A DNA stretch of 64,000 nucleotides from Octopus sinensis (GCF_006345805.1 NC_043003.1:31992001-32056000), one strand, 5' to 3'. Shown: positions 36,542 through 51,500, counted from the stretch's first letter. Program-made: numbers and translations. The notes: generated by a model from the sequence alone, not told the origin.

Positions 36542-37276
36542 ATATATATAATATATATATGTATTTATGTATGTATGTAAGCATGTATTAAAATATTTCT
36601 TCATTTGTTCATTTGAGTTTGAAATAGGATTAAAAAATAACATCGCAATTGCGTAAGATTACTGAAGTCTTGATGAAAAATAAATCTTTTTGAACTATTT
36701 AGATTACTGCTTATTATCAGTTTGCTTTCTAAATTTATGATCTCGGTATAAATTCAAATATCAGATTTGGAATTAACCTCCCTTCACCCTCAACATCAAT
36801 CGCATCTCAACTATTGCATGAAAATGCTTGCAATAATATTTATATTTACTGCGATGTACTTGCAAAATTATATTCGCTTTATGAATAGAAATTAATTAGT
36901 AACAAAATTTTCAAAGATTCATTTTTGCTTTTATTTGTTTACTTTTTTTCCATTTCGTATGTCAGTATATATGTTAATATATTGATCGAATTAAACGCTC
37001 GGTTTAAGATTATCGACGTAAATATAGATTTTGATAGCTTCAACTTCAATAATTTCATTGATATATTATTAAAGCGTTGAATATTATGAAGATGCAGTTA
37101 TAATGCCTCCACATTGATGATAAAGAAAAGAAAATTGTTAATGTTAGTCTCATAAAATATTTTGGAAAACATTATTCTGTCAGTAGTTGATAGCCCGATT
37201 GTACATCCATATATATATATATATATATAATTATTTTAGCATTTTCTATCCTGACTTGTTTTTTCATATATATATA

Positions 37277-37322
<46 letters not shown>

Positions 37323-38387
37323 GTATTTGTATATAATTATATATACATACATATATATATATATGTTTGTGTGAGTGTAATATGGATACATCTATTTACA
37401 TCATTTTAGTATGGTTTTCTTTAATAAAAGCATACTTGCTTATGAACTTAAGATCTAATTAACGCTATTCAGTTCAGTCTGTTGGTTAGTGAATATGCAC
37501 GGCAAGTAATAGCTGCAAACACATCATAAAGGGAAAAGAATTATGAGATAAAATTTTACTTTCTAATAGACATTGACTTTCAAGAAGGAAGAAAACGTGT
37601 ATAGACAATCTGAAATTTACGCACGCATCAACTGCGTTCTGGATAGTATTCAAGGTTTGTGTATGTCTGTATAACAGAATGCACCGAAGAAATATGACTG
37701 GGTAAGCATATGTTAGCAATGTCTATGTTGCTTGTGTCTTTCTGGTGGCATAAACCCTATATTTTATCTGACAATAACGAGCCAGCTGATATGTGTGTTT
37801 GTGATATGTGTGTGATTATATATATGCGCTTATTTATGTGTGTGCATGTTTCTCTGCGTGTATATCTGTATGTGTATAAATATGTATCAATACATGTATG
37901 ATTGTACGTATGTATATGCATCATATCCATAAATTACCTGTGGAACTTCAACAATTTATTGTATCTGTTTAAGTTGAAGTACACTAATCACCTTCTTTGC
38001 ATATTTACTGAATGTTATTAAAGCTTTCATCCATGTACGTTGTTGTAGTACTTAATCTCTCTTTCGTTTGTCTTTAAAGGTGTTTCTCATTGTTCTTGAC
38101 TTTTAATGAATATGACAACACCACAAGAGAAATCACAATGTTATCCTCTAATCTTGTAATCGTACTGTTTCATAAAGAGAAACTCAGACACTCATATCCA
38201 GATGGATGTACCATAAAATGTATGGAAATAGAAGCATCAACGTGTTTAAACATTCATGCCTGGCATAAAAAGTCCATGTAAACAAGAAGCGTCCTACAGA
38301 AAAAAACGGTCTGGCTGACCGGGAAATCCTGTGGAAGACGTTGAGTGAATTCGAGCAGCATTTCATCACAGTCCGACTAAGTTCATT

Positions 38388-38430
<43 letters not shown>

Positions 38431-38445
38431 TATATATAATATATG
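35490..38445. repeat. Cluster of (TA)n/(ATAC)n tracts
   Basis: Tracts at ~35490-35662, 36185-36580, 37205-37370 and 38390-38445. Confidence 0.95.
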
Positions 38446-41400
38446 CAAGGGGACAAACTCGTTTTGAAATGCGAGAAGACATTTCTGGTAGGCGATATAT
38501 GAAGAATTCTATTATAGAATAATGAAGATAATTTCAACTCCTTTCCGAAAACTATTTAGAAAATTGTTTTGGGTCGTTCTTTGAAATATTTCGTTTAGAT
38601 TTTATCACTACTCGTTTTTTCTCGTTCTTTTTAACTTTCTTTTTTTTTTCGTTTATTTTCTCTCTATTTGCTTTTTTCTCATTTTTTCTAAATTCGTCTT
38701 CGTATCTCTGATGAAAGTTGAATGCTTTAAGTATTATGTCTGTATCTGTATGTACCTATATATTTGTATCTATATGTATCTGTGATCTAATGTAACTACA
38801 ATGGTCTGATTATTTCCCGTATGTGTGCGTGTAATAGTCCGAGTGTGTGTTTGTATTTGTATTTGGACATATCAAGTGAATGACATTAAACTAAATTCAT
38901 ATAAAGAATCCCTTTCAAACGATACTACTTAAGCGATAGGAAATAATGTGACAGGAACTTCTAAAGGAAAATCAACAGTAGCCTCATTTCTATAGTTTTC
39001 ATTTCTTTTTCTCATCTCCTCTTGGCAACAACAGACTACAGTTAATAGCATAGCTCCTAAGAAAGCATGTCAAAATTATGTGCATACGGTCGTTTCCAGT
39101 TTGCTGTGCACTACTCCTCCTTTGCTTCGAAATAAATGTACTTGAAAAGGTTCCACCATAATGTCTTCAGATTTGCTTTGGTAAATGTCACCCTACGTCC
39201 AATTCTTAAGTGTCTAAACAGAATGTTCATTTTATGGTATATTAATGTTGAAATTTAATAGCCATAGATTTTATATTAGTGTTTTACATAATCTTTATGA
39301 ATGTTATAACCTTGTTTTGCTATACCTTATGTGAGAGTTTGAACGTTTTATAATCGATTTGCTATCGGCCGAGTGGTCACAAATTTAGTATTCCACTATC
39401 GACAGAGTGAGACACTTTATTAGAATGAAAATATTGGTTATTCTAATGCACTTACCACTAGCTAGATAAAATTGAAGTTGATATACGCAGTATATTTATG
39501 GAAAGCACAAACAATTGCTGCAAGTTTGCTAGTGGGGCTGTTTTCAAATCTCTTTCAGTTCAAATATGCAATAGATTGCTTTCGAACACTTAGCGCATAT
39601 ATATATTTACACTATTGTCTATTACATTTGCCAAAAAGTTGAAAAAGAGGAAAATGAAATATATCATGAAATACGAAATGCAAAACCAGTATAATAATAT
39701 TTTTAAAGAATTATAGTGTAAACATTTGTATAAACGATAGAGATTTCCGAAAGATGAAGAACTCAAATTATTTAGAACAAAGAAAATTATTAGAGTTGAT
39801 ATTTTCTTTAATTTTCAGCTAAGTCAGTCACAGTTTATATTTTTCTTTTCATTGGGATACGAATTTCTCAAGTGACATCGTAACTGTAATGTTGTACGGT
39901 GGAGAAGCTACAACGCACGTGGCAGTTCAACTTAGTAAATGATTTCTTTCCTAGTTGTCCTTAACAGAAGAAAATATATCCAATCGGAAAGTATTATTTG
40001 GAGTGAAGTGATATCTATCAGCATACCTTGCTGAGGATATCTTGCTCTTAATAGACATTGCATAAAGACAAATTTTGCAAACTGACAGGCAGTTTTTGAA
40101 ATGGTGAACATTACTTTATAAGTTATTTTGATAAAATAAAATAAAACTTGTACTTTAAATGTTATATTCCATATTTATGGTATATTGGCACAAATTTCAG
40201 AAAGGCATTTTAACTAACATTTTACTGAATGACAGCACAATCATGCATCTATGACAAATTACTTCCGTTCACGTGACATATCCAGCAGTTTAAGCGCAGT
40301 TAAAGGAGCATATTTCTAATAACGCTTCAAAATCATGATATTAAATACATGTGAAACATTGACTTTTTTCCTACAAATAATATGCAGTCCAGTGATATAT
40401 TTTATGAATTACAAGCCATTGTAAAATGTCCTACAGTTGACTGGAAGCAAATCGAATGAATTAGGTTCAGTACTTTCCATACATTACTGTTATTTGATTT
40501 AGTCAATCCAGAAGAATAAAAAGAAACGTTGATGCTGGTGGAATTTGATCTCAAGCAGATCCATATGCTACTAATTTCAGTATTCTTTAAAGTCCGTCTT
40601 AATGCATCAGAGCCATAGGGCCATCGTAACAGTGCTTATAAGATATAGTTTTTATTTGCATACCATGTTACAATTAAACTAGTTTGGCTTGACTAAATAG
40701 AAAATATATATCACAGATAAATTTCTTAGGAATTCCAACTTGTATTCGTTACAATACCCCAACTAATTTGAGACGAATCATTAAGAAAAATAAACACCAA
40801 ACGAAAAAATATTTGTGAAAAGAGAATAAATGACTAAATCGTAGATGCATGACACAATATCTTAATACTCCTAAATATAACATGAATTAATAAAAGAGTA
40901 ATTTCAACAGTATGCCTATTTATGTGTGTGTCTGTGCCTGTCTGTGTATATATATATATAGACAACGTGAAACAAAAAAGAAAATATGCAACAATATTAA
41001 TGAAATGAAATAGAATAATTAGTTATTTGGTAGCTTAAGGTGATGTTATTTTTCTGGTAAGAGGACGGTGGTTTAAATATAGAATATTGAACGAAAATTT
41101 TAGGTTGACAGTTAGCTTCTTGGTCCTGTGTTTTCACAATAATGAATAGTAAACCTTATGCAACAAGAGATGGAAAACTCTTTAAATATATTATGATGGA
41201 AATAGAGCGATTGCTGTGAGAGTTAGGTAATTCCATTGACTTACGATAAAATCATGTATGCGTTGGTGTCATTTTGGGTTGGACAATAAAATATTTGAAT
41301 ACATTCCCAATGCATTGAATAAAAATATACATATTTGTCGATGAACAGTTAAGAAAAGAGCTTTCAGGAAATTTGAAAGTTTTTAATGTTAAATGAGATG

Positions 41401-44400
41401 AAGAAAATAGTTACTATTGAACAGCAAGTGAATAGAGTAAAAAGTACATTAACAAAGAGTTAAGCTTGGTTTACTACATGAACTTCGCTTTCCGGTATCT
41501 ATCTTATCGTCAACTTCCTTAATTACGCCTAAAATAATTATATTTACCTATTCTCTCGATGTACTTCTGAAGTTGTGGATGACTATTTGAATACTTCTTA
41601 AAAATCTAATCATCTTCAAATTCGTTCGTTTCACTTTTGCTTTCCAAAAGTCCTGAATTATTGCCTCATCTTGTGACAATCCACTTTAAAACCTATGAAT
41701 ATATATATATATACATACATACAATCGTGTGGATATCTTTCAACAGTTATGAACATTCAAACACTTTATGACATTCGCTAATAATGCTTGAAGATAAAAT
41801 GAAGATAACCTATAATTTTATTCTCATTATCATATATTGTGTTCATGCAGCATTTTCTCTTTTGGCTTTCTTCTGCAGTTCATAATAAATAGATTCAATC
41901 TAAATCGGTGATTCTCTATGGGAACGAATAAAATTTTCAATATTTTTAATGTATGCGTTTTTGCTCTTTTGCTAGAGAACATTTTACAGATTTAGTAGAA
42001 ATTTAATCACCCGCCTGTTAATGTCTGAAACGTTAACAACTTTGAGTCAAAAGAAGAAATAACTATTTTGCTTCTTATACTGTCAAAATATACATTTTCA
42101 TCTAGGAAGTTAATAAAAGAGACCAATGTTGTGAGAAACCACATCTTCGTTAATCAGCTGCTATGTAATATACAAATTAGGCAATATATAACATAAAAGA
42201 TACATCATTCTCTTTTGTTGCCAGAGCATCCAAATTCCGTTTTGAAACTAAACCAATAACTATAAGCAAAATTCCTACACAGCACCCATCCATACTTTAA
42301 AATATTAAAAAAAATAATATTTAGTATCTACGAATTGGAAAAAGAAAACAAGAAAACAACATACTGTTAATATACTCATTCTTTTGAGCGTATATCAATA
42401 TAAAATGTGAGTTTACAAGTTCACAAGTTAATCTACAGCCTCTTTTGAAATTTAGTTTGCATTGTTTCCCATACTATTAGACAATACAATGGCACATTCT
42501 ACAGAAGTGGTTTCCTGCTCTAATAAACTCTAAAACATAATCATATACAAATGTATGAATGTATAATATACTAAATATTTCTAAATGTGTATTATTACAT
42601 TTTTTGTTTTGTTTTCTGATTTGATGAAACTCGGTTGAAGACAATAATATGAAAGTTGTCCGCTATAACAAAATCAAAGCCCTAAACGTATTATGTAGTC
42701 AAAAATTATATACATATCATATTATATACATATGTGTGTTTTGTTTCGCATGTCACATATCAGACATTGAAATATTTATTTTCTTAATATCGAGAATCAT
42801 GGAAACATTGAAATCTAGAAAGCATAGAGAATCAGACAGTAATGCAGTCGGTGTTCAGAAAGATAAATACTAAACGTTTCAATTCTATAAAATGATGGTA
42901 TCCAGAATAATTTATATATATGAATGCGTTAATAAACGCCAATGTGATAACCAATGCGTTAACAAATATTATGACAGACAGCAATGTTTTAAGACTTCAG
43001 ATAAATTACATCAATAATTTCTTTCTCAATGATGACTCACTTGGCGGCGTTTATTAAAAATATAGAGGACTTCTAACTTAGTACATTTTCGTTCAAATCA
43101 CAAATTATGTTTCGCGTTTTCTTGGTGGGTTAAAGGCGCTTAACTCCTGCAGAAGAGATGGTGCGAGACGTTTCAGGAAATAATTTTGAGATATGTAAGA
43201 GACTACTGTGGCTACAGAAAAGTAAGGGCAGAGATTAATCTCTTATCAGCCCAGAAGTATTCATCTAATGATCCATAATTGACACATTTCATATTAACAA
43301 ATCGGAGCAGGTGAAAACACGAATCAAATATCTGATGGATAAGTACTTTTCTATATCAGATAATAAAAGAAACCGTTGAATTATATCCAGAAATTTTTTT
43401 TTTCTTTTTTTGCAGGTGGTATACAACACGCTCCTCTTGTTATTATTCACAGAAATACCAGGCATGGTACTTTTCATAGTAATAAATTTAAAGTCATATA
43501 CCGTGAGATCATTAAAATCTATTTACTTTATAAAAGAATTTGATAATATATACCGGTGAAATCAATGACCGTAGTTGTGGTGTTTATAAAATATCCATTT
43601 CTCATAACTCACACAGGAACGCCAGGGAAGAATAGGTTCTATGCAGCTTTGAGCAGGTTACATCGAATGTAACTGGTACCAATAATTCCACGATCGGTTA
43701 CATCATAATTCTACTCAAGATTGATTGAATTTTTTAATGTAAGAAGATACTAGTTGATGGCATCAAATATATATGTTTTACTAATCACTAATTTACAGGT
43801 GGACATACACACATAAATACATACATACATTCACAAACATGCATATATACTTACATACATATCCATTTATCTATCCTAGCAGTTTTGGACCCCGAGGAAA
43901 CATAGGTCCTAGAAACTCCTGTAACGAAATCGCCGTAGTGTGGATATGTTTACACAATGGGACGCCTATACCCAATCCAAATGTGGTGTAGATGACTTCT
44001 CATTACTGCTATTCGTAAGGCGTTTATTTGTTTGTTATAGCATATGAATTTTGTGTCAACTCATCGTGTTATACATAATCTTAAATTTTGATTGATCTAT
44101 TAGTTATAATTTGGTGCATCGCTGGTTATATGTTTTACATTTCTGTGGTGGTCCAAACAGAATACATTTTCTAAAGAATCCTTTCTAAAGATTTTCCACA
44201 TAAATGGAGGTTCTACTTAGCCGGGGGTCTCCAAGTATTTCTGTTGGTTGTGAATCTGGAATCACTGGTGATCACTACAGTCATGTCAAACGAAGTTACA
44301 GGATTGCCGTATGGTACTAGTGGAACCTATGTGTGCTGAAATTATGAAGAAATAATGTATACGGCAAGGAAGAACTATTCACACGATGGACAGACAATGC

Positions 44401-45249
44401 AGAAATGTTCTTATTGTATGCAATATACATTAACTGCACATATAATAACTAACTTCCTAATTACTTTACAGTTCGAAAGTATATCTTCTTAAATTCATGT
44501 GAAATTATGGTATAAGCCAAAATTATTGTGATTCTATTCGTGTAATTCTTACACTATTTTGTGATTTCTTCAAAATATATATTAGTGAAAGTAAACGGCA
44601 TAATTGCTCGTGAATTACTTTCGATGCCTGGCTATTAACTACTCCAATTTCAAGTGGGATTGACATACTGTATCAACGCACATCTGTTTAATAGTATTAT
44701 TGATCTTTGATATTTCTATTAATGTATTAACGGTTCTATTTTGAAAATTTCTTCAAAGAACAAGCAATTTTTCTTTCAAAAGTTTCTTGATAATATTTCA
44801 CTAAAATATTCAATGTTATATAATTATAAGCATCCTCTTCGTAGAATATGTTTCTGAGGTATTCAGTAGTCTCACTGGAAGACTGCCCTAATATTACATT
44901 ACCACAGTTTCAATACATTAATATTTTTAATACAGCTCAATAAATCGTTCTTTGTGGTATCTATTGATTGCATAAATTTTATTTATTCTAATCTCCTGTT
45001 AAATTTACTTCATAATATCCATCTCTAAAATTGGTATATCGGGAATTTTGTCCATTCGTGATATCATCAATTCGTTCGTATTATATAACACTGGCATTTC
45101 TTTCTCCATTTGTTATTCTTCTTCAGTCATAGACCATCTGAAGCATCTGATGTATTGGGGTCTGAAAGAATGGAAATTATATAGTTAATTACAGAAATTA
45201 AATAAAATATATGAATACATATATGCATGCACAAAGGTATATGTAAGTA

Positions 45250-45357
45250 AATGAGTGTATACATATGTTTACATGTATGTATATGTATGTATGTATCTAT
45301 CTACCTACTCGTCTGTCTGTCTCTCTCTCTCTCTATCTATCTATATATTTATGTATC

Positions 45358-45406
<49 letters not shown>

Positions 45407-47658
45407 GTGAGAGAGAGAAGGTGGTTGGGATTAACATAAGCAAAAGGCAAGAAGTTTGTGAATGGAGTTTAGATGTTAGTCGATAAAAGTGGTCTCTATA
45501 CTTCGTGTACTCTTTTTTTAATCAAGTGTGCGAAAACGTGCAGAAGAGTATTGGACGCACGCCCTTACAGTTGTTTATTTTGTTCCTGAACTGGACGTCA
45601 AGATATCTTGCAGCAAAGCACTTCGTTTTACGCTGCTTCTGTGTACTCGTATGAAAGTGAAAGCTAACAGAATGCTGGTGCCGCTAACATTTTCCATTAG
45701 AATATCCCGATGAATGAACGGTTGGCAAACTAATTAGTATGTCTCCTCCTAACGGCATGGCATGGGAATTTGCATAACTTGCAGCGTTAAAATATCCTTA
45801 TTTTTAATGAGATGGGTTCTGTTGCATAGCAGACACTATGTTTTGAATTTCAGGTTCTATGGCAAAGACTTTTAAGTGTAGATCAAATTTCTCATATAAT
45901 GTGTTTCTACAGCTAAGAAAATTTGCTCATATAAATATGGAGGGAAGAATCTTAATCGTTTGTTTATAGTTAATATTGTGTGAAGAATCTCAAATGTTTG
46001 TTAACAGAAACCATCCCAAACTGAAAATTGCTGGGGTAGAAAACAAATAACGTAATAGCAGTGGTAAAGATGTCCCCATCCCCGTCTCCGCCCAGTAGTC
46101 CCGGGAGGCTCGTAGGGGTATATTTCTCAGGCACCAACCTACATAGGGTTCTATCCGAAGGAAATATTAGATTTTTCTCGCTCGATTCACAGGAGTGGCC
46201 AACTAAAACTATGCCACATTATTTGTTGTTAAATACACGTATGTCGAAGTAAAAGCATAGGAGGACCATCAATATGCCCCCCACAAAATTAAGCATAAAC
46301 AATAAACGCCAGCCACATCTCGCTACATGCTATTAAACATGTAAACAACAAACAGGCATATAGAAATACGCCAATAGACTAATTCAAGAAATGTGCACAA
46401 ACATTACATACATGCAAACATGCATTTACATGTATATACGCACATTGAAATTTACATTCCAGAGTCATCGAACCAAATCGATATTAGACCGTAAAGAATC
46501 ATATAACCTCAAGTGAAAAAATTATACGCGTAACCAACAAACCGAAGTGAATGCTTTTCAATAAACTTTGAAAAAACATGTTCAAAGCTGCCCAGCAACT
46601 AGAACTTAGCGAATTTTCAAAATAAAATCCTCAAACTATAAAGAACGAAATAAAACAAGATATTGATACAAAAGCAAAATATATATACATTTTATATTAA
46701 TAGAAAAACGGTGTATTTGAACGACTGTAAATAGATCCAACGAACCGTTGTAAAACAAAACGCATTTTCATTCCATAACTACAAATAATAATTTTTGACA
46801 AATCACTTTACAAATGCAGAAACAGCAAATGTATTTACTACTCAAACAGTGATAAAAGCTTTAAAATACTCATGTAACTGAACTGATGTAAAAAAAGAAA
46901 ACAGGAAAGAAAGAATGAACTAAAAAGTCACGCCAACGCGTTTTCTAAAACAAAGTAATATCAACCACTGAAAACGAGGGAATAAGCCCGCCCCCAGAAT
47001 ATCTAGAGTACGACGCGGCAAATTGTACCCACACGCACACACACACACACACGCACGCACCACGCGCACACACACACACACACACGCACATACACACACA
47101 CACATGCACGCACGCACATACACACACACACATACGGAGCAAGAATCGGGATTTAAAAAACAAAGACTTAACAGAAAAACCCTTCACATTTGTACGGCTA
47201 TGACGAAGATCAAAGGTTGAGACCCAGGGTTTAATGCTACAGTTCCAAGTAAGCCTGAGAATCCAGGAAGCACGATGGGGGAGAGTATACAGATCACGAA
47301 TCAGCTGTCTACACATGGAATAAATATTTCTTCTCTCCTTTCACTTTGTTATATATATATATGTGTATGTATGTGTGTGTGTGTGTGTGTGTCTATGTAT
47401 GTGTCTGTGTGAGTGCATATATATTTTGATTTTTTCTGTGACTATGATCACTACAAACCATTAAGCTTGTTGCTGAAGAAAAATAGTTCCCTTTATTAAT
47501 GGTATTTTTTAATTAAAGACGTATACTATTCTCCTGGGCATATTGCGAATATTACCTTACATTCCTATTATTGCACAAAAAGTGCCATTGGTCGAATGGC
47601 TAAGTATACGAGGACGTAAATACACAAACATCGGGGACACACTCACACACACACACAC

Positions 47659-47723
<65 letters not shown>

Positions 47724-47756
47724 TAAGAAAAGAGATGAAAGTGGTGAGTTGTAATG

Positions 47757-47790
<34 letters not shown>
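45250..47790. repeat. (TA)n, (TC)n, (CA)n and (TG)n tracts
   Basis: Tracts at ~45250-45418, 47030-47135, 47350-47420 and 47640-47790. Confidence 0.95.
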
Positions 47791-47791
<1 letters not shown>

Positions 47792-48099
47792 TGAAAGAAG
47801 GGAAATGCACTGTTTAAATAGTTTTAAGATATTTTAAACGAAAGAGCATTGTGTTTGTCCACCGGTATTGCTTTCGCCTATCATGACATTGTCATTATAG
47901 TAATTTCGTATTTCCTTGAGAAGATTTTAGTTGTATGAAAGTTTGTGAATGAATCAACAAGTAGCAATATCTAAGGGGAGGTAATTGGTGATAGTTACTA
48001 GAGACACGGGAGGTAATTGCTCATTTTGGGGTTAGGATAAATAAACACACAAAAACTCATGAGCTAAAGTAGTGACATGAAATATAAACAATGATGGGT

Positions 48100-49720
48100 A
48101 TGTGATCATGAATTAAAATATCTATTGAGACCAAAGCTGGTTATGCGTACATATTTTGACATGTACTTTACTTTTAGATAAATAAATTTTCTTTATTTAA
48201 ACGCTTTTGTATAGAAATTGTTTCTTTGCACTAGTAGATGGAGGAAACTTTGAAATTTGGTAGGAGAGCCCCTGCACATCCCTCTATGTGTTCACTCAAA
48301 GGCATCTGTTTATAATTTGGGAAACGGATCTCTTCCCTATGTAGTGTGGTTCTCCGTCTAAGTACCATACTTGTCTGTCTTTTATAGTTATGTCTACAAC
48401 CTCAACAAGCTATAACAAATTAAATTCTCGGATGTACAAGTGAAGTTGGTCTTAATTGTGAACACTTCCCTTTGTTTGAATTGGAATTTTGCCGATCAAC
48501 AAGTCTCGGAATCCCTGTTTGTAGTGGGATGGGGGTCATGATCAGTCCTACAACCTAATTGGTCAGCTATTTTTTTGAAAACCATGACATGGTTCCGATT
48601 CGTTGATGGTTAGCAAATAAAACAAAAACAAATCAAATAAATAATGAGGCATGGCAAGTATGGGCCAGAAAGAGAGCAAAATAAAATTAAAAACAAGTAA
48701 ATGAGTATGTGCGATGGATAAAACAATAGGTTTAAGGGAAGACGATCCTAAAGGACGGCATAAGAAAAATAAAAGAGTCTAAACGTATATAAATATAAAA
48801 ATATAAAACATATATCTAACTATCGGGGGAATCTACTGTATATGGTTCAACGTAATATAGGAGCTGGATAGGGGATGCATTGTTGTCGGAAGGCAGAAGA
48901 AGGAGGATTGCGTGAATAAGGACAAAAATGGATGGACCGGACGAATGGTGGTTGTTTTGCTAACTTATAGTTATTCAGTGCTAAAACTTATACTAGTAAA
49001 ATATAGAATGTTAGATATTAAGTATTGAAGGAGTGGCATTGTTTTATAATATTAATTTATTAAATTCTGTGTTTTTATTAAGAAGGGGTAGTTTGAAAAA
49101 AAATGTTTACAAATATATATATATATATACCGCTATCGGGAATTCTGTGTATAGCTAAAGGGGGTTAACCCGTGTATTTCTAGCTAATTAATTTATTAAT
49201 TCCGTATTATTTGAATAGTACTCAACTTGGGTCTAAGGGAAGAGGTAATATCAGTTACAGATGCAAATTGGAGGTATTTGTGTTCGGATAAGGGTGTCAA
49301 CTATGGTGTGTAGACATCTTTGGGTTACGATATATTAGGTAGTTTAGCTATAGTAAATTACATTATATTATACTCAATTATCCGAGTGTACATAACGGTT
49401 TATATTTATAATTTAACCTAGTGGATGGTGTGCTATATTATTATTACTCTGCTCATTTATAAGGTGCATTTCAATTACTAAGTGCTAGTATGTATGGTAA
49501 AGTCTCGCGTGTATTTTCTAAAGGTTCATAAGGGAGGGATTCTTAGCCCCAGTGTATAAACTAGGTTTATGTAGAGTATTCCTAATAGGAGTATGAGATA
49601 ATATACCACTGGGGACAAATATAACACTCAATGGCGAAATTGCCACGCAATAACAAGTACTTGGGTATGAATAATTGGGTACACTACCAGTAGCATATTG
49701 GATGGGTACCATCCCTTAGT
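48100..49720 (-). mobile_element. Penelope-like element 3' part: RT thumb + GIY-YIG endonuclease
   Basis: Minus strand KVFTIKTNFTCTSENLI / VIAC*GCRHNYKRQTSMVLRRRTTLHR / RQMPLSEHIEGCAG..PNFKV / CKETISIQKRLNKENLFI (48120-48500), with DVYTP..HKYLQFAS upstream (~49280). Interrupted by a purine-rich block at ~48600-49120. Confidence 0.75.
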
Positions 49721-49739
49721 TGGTTGGTTTCCCGACCTC

Positions 49740-49824
49740 TAACTCACACACACAACACACACACAAACATATACATACAGAGAGAGAGAGAGAGAGACAG
49801 ACAGAGAGAGAGAGACAGAGAGAC

Positions 49825-49855
<31 letters not shown>

Positions 49856-49980
49856 AGAGGTAGACAAATAGACAGATAGAAAGAGAGAGAAATAGTGAGA
49901 GAGAAGTAGAAAGAGAGAGAGGTAGGTAGAATGACACATGCATATATATATATATGTGTGTGTGTGTATTTCCGTATGTG
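49740..49980. repeat. (CA)n/(GA)n/(GACA)n/(TA)n/(TG)n composite microsatellite
   Basis: Directly visible. Confidence 0.95.
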
Positions 49981-50755
49981 TATGCACGAGTGTTATCTCA
50001 AATATATTCACAATTACTCTAACTGCTATTTTGGAGTACACAAAAGACAGTATATTATGCACAATACCTCCACATACATTGTTGATTTTAGTTTCTAAAC
50101 AGACATTAATTTTTTACACATTGCAACGTACTTAAGTGCTAATCAACGAAAGCGTTACATTTATTCCTAAACCAGTTGAATGGTGAATAATTAAACCGTC
50201 TATATATTTAGATTTAGATTTCTCGTGGTTTTTTCTCCACTAACTATACTTTTCATAAATTGCAGTTTCTCTTCACTGTTAAACCTGTTCTGGCTAATTT
50301 ATAATTCCGAAATCAAATATTTGCCAAAATATTAATGGGTTTGCTTTAACCAATTGCTTAATTATTTACCCAGGAAACAGTTTTCATTATTGCGAGGTAC
50401 GCTGCTGCTGTTGCTGCGAGTCTGCTGCTGTTGTTGTTGCTGTTGCGGCTGCTGATGTAGTTGTGGTTGCTGTAGGTTTCTCTTCATTTTCCTTAATTTT
50501 TCATTCCGATCTCAAACTTAAACATTTTTATTATTCACCAATAACTAATAATGTCTTACCTAGCAAACAGGTAAGCAGAGTTACTACAGCAACTAAGCCG
50601 AGTACTAAACAAAATTATATTAAAATCGTTCATGCTATGATTTTAAACGACTATATCCATAAAATTTACTCACGTTTTTCTATAAGGGCAAACATGTACC
50701 CTGCCCTTACAGAAAAGCCTGAATATATGATCTTTTCAAAAGGATACAGAAAAAC

Positions 50756-50787
<32 letters not shown>

Positions 50788-51323
50788 ACTTTAGCAGGTG
50801 GTATTCTATCGACTTTCTAAGGCATATCTAATTCTCGTGTTGTATTGTTGTGTACATACGGACTAATACCAATTAATGGCTGAGTTCGGTCACTGCAGCT
50901 GCTAGGGAATGGGTAGATATATAGATGAATCCTTAAACAGAGACATCATTAACATTTTTTTAGTAATTATTATTTCTTCTGATTATTCTGTTCTGAGTTC
51001 AGTTTCATTCCCAGCAGCAATTACGAGCAATTTGCTTTGGTCTGTCCAAAGAAAGAGTTCGAGATTTCTCTCTCACCTGCTTGAGATCCTGTAAACTATA
51101 GGAAAATGCGTTTCGTCTCGATAAGGAATTTTAACGCTTTCGTTTTAAACAAAATTACAAGTGCATAAAGACCCGTGAAGAGGCATCTGCAGTGAAAAAA
51201 AAAGTGATTATATTATAGGCACAAGGTCTGACATTTGAGAAAACTGGTTAGCTAAGTACAAAGACCGAGTAATTTAATAGTAGATATTTTTATCTACCTT
51301 GTTTGATGAAACACACTATTTAC

Positions 51324-51500
<177 letters not shown>

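Noticed and set aside
42780-43700. Minus-strand peptides resembling GPCR helices (IEKYLSIRY; KTLLSVIIFV..FIFLNTDCI)
   Set aside because: Motif spacing does not fit a 7TM layout, there are many stops, and F/L/I/V runs are expected in AT-rich DNA.
48000-49720. Possible mitochondrial insertion (composition looked mtDNA-like)
   Set aside because: The minus strand translates to Penelope GIY-YIG and thumb motifs. No mitochondrial gene motifs were found.
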